DNA of 64,000 bases from Nitrospirota bacterium (GTDB taxonomy: Bacteria; Nitrospirota; UBA9217), in assembly GCA_963737155.1 (NCBI GenBank), contig CAVTRN010000002.1:1408001-1472000 (forward strand), in the 5' to 3' direction. The position numbers were made by a program, and so were the translations under genes. The first letter of the stretch is position 1. The number at the start of each line of letters is the position of its first letter. The notes below the pieces were generated by a model, which ran no database searches, was not told where the DNA came from, and worked only from the letters and a program-made list of their open reading frames with translations. This document shows, piece after piece, positions 1 through 8,992 of this stretch.

Positions 1-485
1 GCCGTTACCACGCAGATATTGGGGCCCTTTGCGCCATACCTGATGGAAAGAATACCGGCCGCTTCGTTGATAATGAGCATGGGGATGAAGAATGGGGTGA
101 TTTTCCGGTATCCGCGTTCGAGGTATATCTTGTGATATTTCTCGATGGCAGGAAGTCCGCCCATGCCGGAGCTGACCATGATACCGACGCGTTCGGCGTT
201 CTCCGGCGTGATTTTGATCCCCGAAGTATCCACGGCCATCTGGCTTGCGGCGATCGCCAGATGGATAAAGCGGTCCATTTTCTTTATTTCTTTCAGCTCG
301 ATATAATTTTCCGGCACAAAACCATGGATATCGCCGGCAATCTGCGTCGGAATGCTTTTGTCATCGAACCGAGTTATAGGACCGATTCCCGAATTCCCGT
401 TGATCAAGCCCGTCCAGCTTGTTTCCGTGTCAAGCCCGACCGGCGTGATCATGCCGATGCCGGTGACCACTACTCTTCTCTTCAA
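1..485 (-). CDS. fabF: Beta-ketoacyl-ACP synthase II (5' part; runs off the window)
   Basis: Not in ORF track. Manual translation from TTG at 485 (RBS CAGGAGG upstream): MKRRVVVTGIGMITPVG...RKITPFFIPMLIINEAAG...GAKGPNICVVTA; follows acpP. Confidence 0.95.
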   Translation of the reverse strand, partial: MKRRVVVTGIGMITPVGLDTETSWTGLINGNSGIGPITRFDDKSIPTQIAGDIHGFVPENYIELKEIKKMDRFIHLAIAASQMAVDTSGIKITPENAERVGIMVSSGMGGLPAIEKYHKIYLERGYRKITPFFIPMLIINEAAGILSIRYGAKGPNICVVT

Positions 486-509
486 CGATGAATCCTCCTG
501 GATAAAAAT

Positions 510-566
510 CCGAAAAGCCAAAAAATCCGCTCTCGCGTTTGCGGGATGGGTCTTCTGGCTTTTGGA
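510..566 (-). terminator. Probable intrinsic terminator/attenuating hairpin between acpP and fabF
   Basis: AAAAGCCA...CCGC-loop-GCGG...TGGCTTTT imperfect stem with T-runs on the minus strand. Confidence 0.45.
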
Positions 567-611
567 ATTTCGTACGAGATGATTATTTGGTAATTGGTAC
601 TACGAACGCCG

Positions 612-848
612 TTATTTTTGTTTTGCCTTGATGTAATCCGCTGCATTCTGGACAGTTGCGATCTTTTCAGCATCTTCATCAGGAATTTCGATGCCGAATT
701 CCTCTTCAAGTGCCATAACCAGTTCCACTGTGTCGAGTGAATCGGCACCAAGATCGTTCACGAATGAGGCCTCAGGTTTCACATCTCCTTCGGGTACGCC
801 GAGCTGCTCAGAAATGATTTTTTTTACTTTTGCGTCTATATCTGCCAT
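612..848 (-). CDS. acpP: Acyl carrier protein
   Basis: [20 protein letters not shown] phosphopantetheine motif; start set at ATG 848, 6 nt from AGGAGG. Confidence 0.97.
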   Translation of the reverse strand: MADIDAKVKKIISEQLGVPEGDVKPEASFVNDLGADSLDTVELVMALEEEFGIEIPDEDAEKIATVQNAADYIKAKQK

Positions 849-924
849 TGTCATCCTCCTCCGGTAATGTGTCTATCTATGAGCCTCATGTATTTGATTC
901 ATATTATTTAAATTAGATGGACTT

Positions 925-1665
925 CTACATGTACATTCCACCGTTCACGTGGATGACCTGACCGGTGATGTACGATGCCCACGGAGAAGCTAGGAAGCGG
1001 ACCGCGTTCGCGACATCTTCCGGCGTACCGAGTTTCCCCATGGGGATCTGTTTTGCGAGTTCCTGCCGGACATTCTCGGTTAGGGCTTGCGTCATTGCGG
1101 TTTCAATAAACCCCGGTGCAACGGCATTGGCCGTGATATTGCGGTTTGCATATTCCCGGGCAATAGTCTTGGTAAGACCGATGAGGCCGGCTTTGGATGC
1201 AACGTAATTCGCCTGGCCCGCGTTCCCCATGGCACCGACGATAGAGGCGATGTTAATGATGGTGCCTGATCTCTGTTTTGTCATGTATTTCAGAGCGGCT
1301 TTCGCGCAAAGAAAGGCGCCTTTCAAATTTATGCTGAGCACCAGATCCCAATCTTCGTCCTTCATCCGGAGAATGAGACCGTCGCGGGTGATACCAGCGT
1401 TGTTCACCAAGATGTCCACCCTGCCGAAATTTTCTACGACCTGTTCCATCATAGCGGTTACATCCGCGGACACGGCAACATTGGCCTTGAGAGCCAAGGT
1501 TTTTTTCCCTTTAGCCGCTATGTCCGCAGCGGTCTTTTGCGCCGCCTCGAGGTTGACGTCGCAAAGCGCGACATCGGCGCCATCATTCGCGAGCGCGAGC
1601 GTGATATCCCTGCCGATCCCCTGTGCCGCACCTGTGACAAGAGCTACTTTTCCGCTGAGACTCAT
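925..1665 (-). CDS. fabG: 3-oxoacyl-ACP reductase
   Basis: TGAAQGIG, NNAGITRD, YVASK and ITGQVIHVNGGM SDR motifs; fab operon context. Confidence 0.97.
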   Translation of the reverse strand: MSLSGKVALVTGAAQGIGRDITLALANDGADVALCDVNLEAAQKTAADIAAKGKKTLALKANVAVSADVTAMMEQVVENFGRVDILVNNAGITRDGLILRMKDEDWDLVLSINLKGAFLCAKAALKYMTKQRSGTIINIASIVGAMGNAGQANYVASKAGLIGLTKTIAREYANRNITANAVAPGFIETAMTQALTENVRQELAKQIPMGKLGTPEDVANAVRFLASPWASYITGQVIHVNGGMYM

Positions 1666-1740
1666 TGTTGCTCCATAAATACAGCGGTCATGGCTAAGAT
1701 CATATCCCTAACCCGTGTTGCTTAACCACTGGCATTATTT

Positions 1741-2673
1741 TTAAATTCCCAGAGCGCCAAGCGTGACATTCATGCTCTTTCTGTCTTCCACGTTCAACAC
1801 TTTTGCATCTTGTGCAATTTTTTTCACCAGGGAGGAGAGCACCTTGCCGGGCCCGATTTCGATGAAGGTGTCGAATCCCCGGGAAATCATGTTCCTGATT
1901 GAATCTTCCCAGTAAAGCGGCGAACTGATCTGCTTTATGAGCGATTGCCGTAGATCGGAGGCTTTCTCCAAAAACTTGGCATCCGCGTTGTTCACAATCG
2001 GAATGTTGAGGTCGCTGAGAACGACTTTTTCAAGTTCTTTTTCGAGCCGTTCACTGGCTTTTTTCATCATTATGCTATGCGATGGAACGCTTACCATCAA
2101 AGGGACTACTTTTTTTGCTCCTGCGGCTTTGGCGAGTTCCATGGCTTTTTCCACGGCCTGCTTTTCACCGGCAATGACGATCTGGCCAGGCGAGTTGTAA
2201 TTTGCAGGGGCAACTATACCATTTTTGGCAGCTTCAAGGCAAGTTTTTTCTACGTCGCTTCGCTCCATGCCCAGAATTGCGGCCATGAGTCCTGCTCCCG
2301 ATGGCACGGCTTCCTGCATGTACCTGCCTCGCTTTCTGACCAGCGCAATTGCGTCTTTGAGCTCAAATCCGCCCGCAGCGGTAATTGCCGTAAATTCTCC
2401 GAGACTATGGCCGACGGCCGCTTCAGCGGTTAAGCCTCTACGTTCTAGGGGCCTCAGGATCGCAATGCTTGCCGCGAGAATCGCCGGCTGAGTGTTTTCT
2501 GTCATGTTCAGCTGCTCAAGAGGTCCGGCCATGCACAGATGAACAAGATCATAACCTAGTACGGTACTGGCAACGTCGAATACCTCTTTCGACTCGCGGT
2601 AATATTCGATGAATTCCTTTGCCATGCCAGCATACTGAGATCCTTGGCCGGGGAACATAAACGCAATTTTCAT
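1741..2673 (-). CDS. fabD: Malonyl-CoA:ACP transacylase
   Basis: FPGQGSQ, GHSLGE, ANYNSPGQ, EIGPGKVL motifs. Confidence 0.97.
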   Translation of the reverse strand: MKIAFMFPGQGSQYAGMAKEFIEYYRESKEVFDVASTVLGYDLVHLCMAGPLEQLNMTENTQPAILAASIAILRPLERRGLTAEAAVGHSLGEFTAITAAGGFELKDAIALVRKRGRYMQEAVPSGAGLMAAILGMERSDVEKTCLEAAKNGIVAPANYNSPGQIVIAGEKQAVEKAMELAKAAGAKKVVPLMVSVPSHSIMMKKASERLEKELEKVVLSDLNIPIVNNADAKFLEKASDLRQSLIKQISSPLYWEDSIRNMISRGFDTFIEIGPGKVLSSLVKKIAQDAKVLNVEDRKSMNVTLGALGI

Positions 2674-2694
2674 GAAATAACCCTGATATTAATT

Positions 2695-2765
2695 CAGCCG
2701 CAGATTTATACAGGTGCACGCAGATTTCCTTCGTTCCGACAGTCATTTTCTGCGGTTATCTGCTG
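2695..2765. repeat. Intergenic inverted short tandem repeat (CGCAGATTT type)
   Basis: CGCAGATTT at 2699 and 2719 facing TCTGCGG/ATCTGCTG at 2749-2765. Confidence 0.5.
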
Positions 2766-2776
2766 CCAAAAAATTC

Positions 2777-3967
2777 TCATCCTCTCATTTCACGGATTTT
2801 CTTGATCATGATCGGAACAACTTCATGCACATCGCCAACAATGCCATAAGTGGCGACGTTAAAGATAGGCGCATCGGGATCCCTATTGATAGCCACGATG
2901 ACATCTGATGACTGCATACCGGCGACATGCTGGACTGCTCCGGAGATTCCGCAGGCGATATAGAGTTTGGGACAGACGGTTTTTCCTGTCTGTCCCACCT
3001 GGTGGGGATAAGGGATCCATCCTTCATCCACCGCTCCCCTAGTGGCTGCAACAGCGCCTCCTAGCACTTTTGCCAGCTCTTCAATCAGCTGGAAATTCGC
3101 GGCATTGCCGAGGCCGCGCCCTCCGGCCACGATGATGTCTGCCTCGCAGATGTTCACGGTTTCGCCCAGTGCTTCCACCGTTTTAATGACCTTGGTGCGC
3201 AGATTGTCTGACTGTGAGTACTTGATATCGATAATGTCACCTGTCCGGGAATCATCGCGAGGCGAGGGTTTCATAACTTTATGTCTGACTGTTGCCATTT
3301 GGGGGCGATGATTCGGTGTGACGATGGTAGCCATAATATTGCCGCCGAAGGCCGGGCGGGTCTGATGCAAGTTTCCGGTTTCCGCATCGATGTCGAGCAT
3401 GGTGCAATCGGCGGTAAGGCCGGTGCCAAGTGCTGAAGCGACTTTAGGAAAGAATGACCGGCCAATGGCTGTCGCGCCGGCGAGGATGATCTCGGGTTTG
3501 TGCTGTTTCGCGAGAGTGGTTAGGATCGCGGCATAGGAGTCATCATTGAAATCCTTCAGTGCAGCGTTGTCCGCTACATAGACGATGTCGGCTCCGTGCG
3601 CTATAAGGTCCTTAACCTGTCCCTTAATTCCGTGGCCGATAAAGACAGCGGATAGTTTGGTTTCCTTTTTGCCGGCGAGCTTCCTACCTTCCCCGAGAAG
3701 TTCCAGCGCGACGCTTGAGATGTCTCCCTTATGTTGTTCGGCGAAAACCCATACGCCCTTGTATGCCGAATGATCGACAGCAGGCGTTGCATCCTCACCG
3801 GTTCGCTCAATGGCCTTGAATTCGCAGACTTCAATGCAGGCACCGCACATGGTGCATGCTTCGGTAATATAGGCCTTGCCGTCGCGCATCTCGATTGCGC
3901 CAAACGGGCATGCAATTACGCACTTTTCGCAGGCTGTGCAGGTATCGGATATAATACGAACACTCAC
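2777..3967 (-). CDS. etfA: Electron transfer flavoprotein alpha subunit with N-terminal 2x[4Fe-4S] ferredoxin domain
   Basis: CTACEKCVIACP and CTMCGACIEVC motifs, then GLTADC, RPAFGGN, PQMATVR, QVGQTG, GISGAVQH; GTG 3967 with AAGGAG RBS. Confidence 0.95.
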   Translation of the reverse strand: MSVRIISDTCTACEKCVIACPFGAIEMRDGKAYITEACTMCGACIEVCEFKAIERTGEDATPAVDHSAYKGVWVFAEQHKGDISSVALELLGEGRKLAGKKETKLSAVFIGHGIKGQVKDLIAHGADIVYVADNAALKDFNDDSYAAILTTLAKQHKPEIILAGATAIGRSFFPKVASALGTGLTADCTMLDIDAETGNLHQTRPAFGGNIMATIVTPNHRPQMATVRHKVMKPSPRDDSRTGDIIDIKYSQSDNLRTKVIKTVEALGETVNICEADIIVAGGRGLGNAANFQLIEELAKVLGGAVAATRGAVDEGWIPYPHQVGQTGKTVCPKLYIACGISGAVQHVAGMQSSDVIVAINRDPDAPIFNVATYGIVGDVHEVVPIMIKKIREMRG

Positions 3968-4060
3968 TGGGAACTCCTTGAAATTAGAATGCATCTAGCG
4001 GATTGCAGATGAAAGCCTGAAACGTTTTGCATCCAAGGTTTTGGCTTTATATGTCTTCTG

Positions 4061-4846
4061 CTAAATCAGCGACTGCTCTTTCAACTTCCGGACGAGCGTC
4101 GTTATCTGATCTTCCATATTTCCGGTCAGTATTTCTCTCTGTCCGCGGGGAGCAGGAGGGAATATCCTGACAACTTTCGTCGGCGACCCTTTCAACCCGC
4201 ATTTGTTCTCGTCCGCATTTATGTCTTTTGCGTTCCAAATCGTCACTTTGAGGCTTTTTGCTTTCATCTTGCCCCTGAGCGAGGGAACTCTAGGCTGGTT
4301 GATCTCCTTCACGACTGAAATAAGCGCGGGCAGGGACGTCTCAACCACGTCATGACCTTCGTCCATGAGACGCTCGACCACCATCTTATATCCCTTGACC
4401 TGTTCGATCTTCCTTATATAAGCGACAAAGGGGATGCCGAGCATGTCGGCGGTCTCGGGACCGACTTGAGCTGTATCGCCATCGATGGCCTGCTTACCGG
4501 CGATGATGAGGTCGAAGTCACCCAATTTTCTGATCCCCTGAGAAAGGGCGTAGGACGTGGCCCACGTATCGGCTCCCGCAAAGGACCTGTCGGACAGAAG
4601 AACCGCGTCGTCAACGCCCAGGGAGACGGCTTCCTTGAGCGCCTCTGCAGCCTGAGGCGGGCCCATAGTGAATGCGGTTACTTTGCCGCCATGTTTTTCA
4701 CGGAGTCGAAGGGCCTCTTCGATGGCATACATATCATAGGGATTGATGATGCTCGGCACACCATCGCGTATGAGCGTATTGGTTTCACGGTTGATCTTAA
4801 CTTCCGATGTATCCGGTACCTGTTTGACAAGTACTACGATATGCAT
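4061..4846 (-). CDS. etfB: Electron transfer flavoprotein beta subunit
   Basis: KQVPDT, DRSFAGADTWATSYAL, GKQAIDGDTAQVGP, GLKGSPTKV. Confidence 0.96.
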   Translation of the reverse strand: MHIVVLVKQVPDTSEVKINRETNTLIRDGVPSIINPYDMYAIEEALRLREKHGGKVTAFTMGPPQAAEALKEAVSLGVDDAVLLSDRSFAGADTWATSYALSQGIRKLGDFDLIIAGKQAIDGDTAQVGPETADMLGIPFVAYIRKIEQVKGYKMVVERLMDEGHDVVETSLPALISVVKEINQPRVPSLRGKMKAKSLKVTIWNAKDINADENKCGLKGSPTKVVRIFPPAPRGQREILTGNMEDQITTLVRKLKEQSLI

Positions 4847-4863
4847 GCGATTTCTCCGAAATC

Positions 4864-4933
4864 GAGCTTGAAAAGTCTAATGAGTCTAATGTATTGTTCG
4901 TTTTTATTACTCTTCAGACTCTATGAATTCTCA
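4864..4933. repeat. Intergenic inverted nonamer repeat (GAGTCTAAT type)
   Basis: gagcttgaa-aagtctaat-gagtctaat facing ttactcttc-agactctat-gaattctca. Confidence 0.5.
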
Positions 4934-4947
4934 GATGTTCGACTCCT

Positions 4948-6105
4948 TTACTTCTGCCTTGTAACTTCCTTGATCATGTCGAGCGCAATGACGTTCCGCT
5001 GAATCTGGTTGGTGCCCTCATATATCTGTAGGATTTTCGCGTCGCGCATCATTTTCTCGACGGGGTATTCCCTCATATAACCTGAACCACCCATGATCTG
5101 GACCGCATCAGTCGTTACTTTCATCGCAGTGTCTGTTGCAAAGAGCTTGGCCATGGCTGAAGCACGGGAGACATCTTTGGCGCCGGTGTCCACGAAGCGT
5201 GCCACCGAATAGACGAGCGACCGGGCCGCTTCGGTCATGGTTTGCATGTCTGCCAGCATGTGCTGGATGGCTTGGAAGGACGTAATAGGCTGGCCGAACT
5301 GGACTCGCTGTTTGGCAAACTTGATCGCTTCGTCGATGGCCCCCTGAGCTACACCAACTCCCTGGGCGCCTACACCTGTCCGGGAACTGTCAAGGGTCTT
5401 CATGGCGACGATGAAACCCATGCCTTCCTTTGCGATGAGATTTTCCTTGGGGATACGGCAATTGCTGAAAATGAGTTCGGTTGTGGATGAAGCCCGGATT
5501 CCCATTTTGTTCTCTTTTTTCCCGAAGGTGAATCCAGGAGTGCCCTTTTCGACGATGAAGGCCGATGCTCCCCGGGCGCCCTTCGATCTGTCGGTAATGG
5601 CAATGATAGTGTAAATTCCTGCCTCGCCGCCGTTCGTGATCCACTGTTTGGTGCCATTTAGCACATACTCATTTCCTTCGAGATTCGCAGTGGTTTGAAC
5701 GCCACCGGCGTCGCTGCCGGCATTCGCCTCGGTGAGGCCGAAGGCTACGAAACGCTTCCCCGATGCGATATCGGGAAGATATTTCTTCTTATGCGCATCT
5801 GTTCCATAGAGCAGAATGGGGTAGGTGCCGAGTGCGTTTGCCGCATAGCTCGTCGAGACGCCGACACATGCCTTGGAAAGCTCCTCAACGGTGATGCAGA
5901 GTTCCAGGGATTTTTTACCCAGCCCTCCGTACTCTTCGGGGATGTAGAGTGCGAGAAGGTCGGCCTGTGCCAGTGCCTTCATGATGTCCGAAGGGAATTT
6001 GTTGTGTTCGTCGAGCTCGGCGCGTACGGGAACGACCTTCTCAACGGCGATTTGCCGGGCGAGGTCGCGTATCATGATCTGTTCTTCAGTCAGCAAATAG
6101 TCCAT
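4948..6105 (-). CDS. Acyl-CoA dehydrogenase, butyryl-CoA dehydrogenase-like
   Basis: FGLTEANAGSDA, GTKQWITNG, KMGIRAS, RVQFGQPI, QIYEGTNQIQR (catalytic Glu). Confidence 0.93.
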   Translation of the reverse strand: MDYLLTEEQIMIRDLARQIAVEKVVPVRAELDEHNKFPSDIMKALAQADLLALYIPEEYGGLGKKSLELCITVEELSKACVGVSTSYAANALGTYPILLYGTDAHKKKYLPDIASGKRFVAFGLTEANAGSDAGGVQTTANLEGNEYVLNGTKQWITNGGEAGIYTIIAITDRSKGARGASAFIVEKGTPGFTFGKKENKMGIRASSTTELIFSNCRIPKENLIAKEGMGFIVAMKTLDSSRTGVGAQGVGVAQGAIDEAIKFAKQRVQFGQPITSFQAIQHMLADMQTMTEAARSLVYSVARFVDTGAKDVSRASAMAKLFATDTAMKVTTDAVQIMGGSGYMREYPVEKMMRDAKILQIYEGTNQIQRNVIALDMIKEVTRQK

Positions 6106-6147
6106 GGAGCCCTCCGATAACTATGAAAATGAACGATAAGAATACTG

Positions 6148-7128
6148 TTACCATCTCACCAGGGCAGATGCCCAGGTGAGACCTCCACCGAAAGCTTCAA
6201 ACAGGAGGAGATGGTTTTCTTTTATCCTGCCATCGCGGACTGCTTCATCAAGAGCCATCGGAATCGACGCTGCGGACGTATTCCCGTATTTGGGAAGTGT
6301 GAGAACGACTTTTTCCATCGGCATATTGAGACGCTGCGCCATGGCCTTTATGATTCTAAGATTCGCTTGGTGCGGCACGAGGTAGTCGATCTCTTCGGGC
6401 TTGACCTTGTTGTACTCAAGGGCTTCCTGCACGACACCCTCAAGCGCCCGTACAGCAGTTTTGAAAGTTTCGTTGCCTTTCATTTTTATAAAGTGCATCC
6501 GCCTACGGATAGTATCATGGGATGCTGGGTGCTGGGCGCCGCCGGCGGAAACATGAATCAAATCCTGAAGAGAACCATCGGAATGAAGATGGGTCGAGAG
6601 TATTCCTCGCTTGCCGGCATGCCGCTGTATCACGACCGCACCCGCACCGTCTCCGAAAAGAATGCATGTTGTGCGGTCCTCCCAGTCTGTGAACCGCGAA
6701 AGAACTTCTGCCCCGACGAGAAGGATGTTATTATACATGCCGGCGACGATGAATGCACTTGCAACGGACATTCCGTAGATGAACCCGGAGCAGGCAGCAT
6801 AGATGTCGAATGCGGCCGCTTTTTTTGCACCGAGCTTTTCCTGGAGCACGCAGCCCAAGCTTGGCAGGATCATGTCGGGCGTCATCGTGGCCACAAGAAC
6901 AAGGTCAAGTTCGTCCGGACCGAGTCCTGCAGCCTTGAGGGCCTTTTTGCTAGCTTCGTAAGCCAGGTCCGAGGTCGTCTGTCCTTTTTCGGCGATTCTT
7001 CGTTCCTTAATGCCGGTGCGTTCGGTGATCCATTGATCGCTGGTATCTACGAGCTTTTCCAGATCGTGATTGGAAATGACTTTTTTTGGTGCATAGGACC
7101 CGGTTCCTGTTATCAGTGCGTGGACCAT
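6148..7128 (-). CDS. fabH: Beta-ketoacyl-ACP synthase III
   Basis: WITERTGIKERR, AACSGF, PHQANLRI, GNTSAAS, FGGGLTW. Confidence 0.97.
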   Translation of the reverse strand: MVHALITGTGSYAPKKVISNHDLEKLVDTSDQWITERTGIKERRIAEKGQTTSDLAYEASKKALKAAGLGPDELDLVLVATMTPDMILPSLGCVLQEKLGAKKAAAFDIYAACSGFIYGMSVASAFIVAGMYNNILLVGAEVLSRFTDWEDRTTCILFGDGAGAVVIQRHAGKRGILSTHLHSDGSLQDLIHVSAGGAQHPASHDTIRRRMHFIKMKGNETFKTAVRALEGVVQEALEYNKVKPEEIDYLVPHQANLRIIKAMAQRLNMPMEKVVLTLPKYGNTSAASIPMALDEAVRDGRIKENHLLLFEAFGGGLTWASALVRW

Positions 7129-8138
7129 TTGGTTTTGGTAAGCTCCATATTCTTTCCGATGTCATCGCGTATGCGTTTATTGACCTCGCTCATTGCGAGT
7201 TCGGTGGCAACACGGATTGCGTTTTTAATAGCTCGAGCGGACGAGCGGCCGTGACTGATGATGCTGATACCGTTTATGCCGATGAGGGGCGCCCCGCCGT
7301 ATTCCGCGTAATCGACGCGGTGTCTGAGTGAGTTGAAGGCCGGCCGCATCAGCAGATAGCCGAGTTTGTTGATTAAGCTCTTTTCAATGTCCTTGCGGAG
7401 AAACGTCCCAATTGCTTCAGCGACAGCCTCGGAGACCTTGAGGACGACATTTCCGATGAAACCATCGCAAACGATCACGTCCGCTTTACCTGACATGACA
7501 TCGCGTCCTTCGACGTTCCCGATGAAATTCAACGAAGTTTCGGTAAGGAGCTTGAATGCTTCCTTGGTTAATTCGTTACCCTTCGTTTCCTCTTCACCAA
7601 TGGACAAAAGCCCAACTCGAGGATTCGGATTTTTCAGGAGGTACCTGGCATATACATCACCCATGACCGCGAACTGCAAAAGGTGATTCGGTTTGCAATC
7701 AACATTTGCACCCATGTCGAGGATGATGGATGTTCCCGTGATCGTCGGCATGAAAGTGGCTATGGCAGGACGCTCCACGCCTTCAATCCTGCCAAGTACA
7801 AAGAGCGACGTCGACATGGCCGCACCGGTATGGCCCGCGCTGATGACTGCGGATGCTTCTCCGTTTTTCACCAATTCATTGGCTACTCGGATAGATGAGT
7901 CTTTCTTTCTGCGAAAGACCGTGGCGGGAGAATCATGCATGTCCACCACTTCCGTTGCATTCAGAATTTCAAGAGGGAGTACTTTCGCGGACGGGTACTT
8001 GTCGAGTTCTTGCCGGACAAGCTGTTCAATGCCGACAAGGATGATGCCAACTCCCAACTCCTGAGCGGCCAGTACCGAACCCGCAACAATGGCCTGTGGT
8101 GCGTTGTCTCCCCCCATCGTATCAACGGCAATCTTCAT
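7113..8138 (-). CDS. plsX: Phosphate acyltransferase
   Basis: IAVDTMGGDNAP, SAGHTGA, IERPA-like motif, CDGFIGN, YGGAPL, SHGRS. Confidence 0.97.
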   Translation of the reverse strand: MKIAVDTMGGDNAPQAIVAGSVLAAQELGVGIILVGIEQLVRQELDKYPSAKVLPLEILNATEVVDMHDSPATVFRRKKDSSIRVANELVKNGEASAVISAGHTGAAMSTSLFVLGRIEGVERPAIATFMPTITGTSIILDMGANVDCKPNHLLQFAVMGDVYARYLLKNPNPRVGLLSIGEEETKGNELTKEAFKLLTETSLNFIGNVEGRDVMSGKADVIVCDGFIGNVVLKVSEAVAEAIGTFLRKDIEKSLINKLGYLLMRPAFNSLRHRVDYAEYGGAPLIGINGISIISHGRSSARAIKNAIRVATELAMSEVNKRIRDDIGKNMELTKTKWSTH

Positions 8139-8156
8139 ATAGACTTTCTACAATAT

Positions 8157-8202
8157 AAAAGGCAAAGGAATATACCGAAAAGATAGTATCTCCCTTTGCC
8201 TT
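8157..8202 (-). terminator. Intrinsic terminator after rpmF
   Basis: Minus strand AAGGCAAAGG...CCTTTGCCTT stem followed by a T-run, just after the rpmF stop. Confidence 0.65.
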
Positions 8203-8215
8203 CAAGCAAGCGTCG

Positions 8216-8398
8216 TTATATCTGTTGAACAGTTACGATCTCGCGGCCATTGTAGGTGCCGCATGACATGCAGGCATGGTGAGGCTTTTTAACTTCCTGA
8301 CACTGTGGGCAGGCCGTTAGATTCGGGGCCTTGAGGTGTTTATGAGTGCGCCTCTTGTCCCGTCGTGATTTGGAATGTCTGTGTTTTGGATTTGCCAT
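8216..8398 (-). CDS. rpmF: 50S ribosomal protein L32 (Zn-binding form)
   Basis: MANPKHRHSKSRRDKRR, CPQC...CMSCG. Confidence 0.97.
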   Translation of the reverse strand: MANPKHRHSKSRRDKRRTHKHLKAPNLTACPQCQEVKKPHHACMSCGTYNGREIVTVQQI

Positions 8399-8417
8399 GA
8401 TTGTAGAGTGCTCCTTT

Positions 8418-8933
8418 TTATTTTTTTAGTAAATCTTTTAACGCTGAAAATGCACCGAAGTCTCCCGGTGCATTTCGCTGATGACCACATTCTGTTTTAT
8501 TTAGGTCCGTCCCACAGACACTGCAAAGTCCTTTACACCCGGGATTATGCAGCGGTACCATGGGAATGGATATCATCAACTGTTCTTTGATGATATCCAA
8601 AGGTTCAATTTCATCGCCATCGTAAAACTCCATGTCCATTTCGCCGCTGACAAGTTCATATTCGCCATCGGTGTCAATGGAATTTATCGGTGCAAGGTCG
8701 AAATTTAATTCCGTATCAATGTCAAAAGTGAAGCGCTCCAAGCATCGGCTGCATTCCAGTAGGGGCTGGGCCTTTACCTGCCCTGAGATATGCAGAATGC
8801 CGCCTTTCATCGGTTTGATGCTGAAAACAGCTGTAAATGAAGTAGATTTTGTCCCAGTATCGAATAGATCGATCGGCTGCCCAAGCTTCAGTGTTAGCCC
8901 TTGCGGCGGTATATCATTGATATTGATTACCAT
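8418..8933 (-). CDS. yceD: DUF177/YceD family protein
   Basis: CSRCL and CKGLCSVCG motifs; classic position upstream of rpmF. Confidence 0.9.
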   Translation of the reverse strand: MVININDIPPQGLTLKLGQPIDLFDTGTKSTSFTAVFSIKPMKGGILHISGQVKAQPLLECSRCLERFTFDIDTELNFDLAPINSIDTDGEYELVSGEMDMEFYDGDEIEPLDIIKEQLMISIPMVPLHNPGCKGLCSVCGTDLNKTECGHQRNAPGDFGAFSALKDLLKK

Positions 8934-8963
8934 TTCTTTTACTCCAAGGGCTGTAAGTGACGA

Positions 8964-8992
8964 ATTATATAGAGAAGCTCCCGATTTGTCAA
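8964..8992 (-). promoter_or_regulatory. Sigma70 promoter of the yceD-rpmF-plsX-fab operon
   Basis: Perfect TTGACA-17 nt-TATAAT on the minus strand, 30 nt upstream of yceD. Confidence 0.8.

Noticed and set aside
6211-7254. 347-aa + strand ORF
   Set aside because: Antisense shadow of fabH/plsX with no recognisable motifs; the same applies to most short ORFs opposite assigned genes
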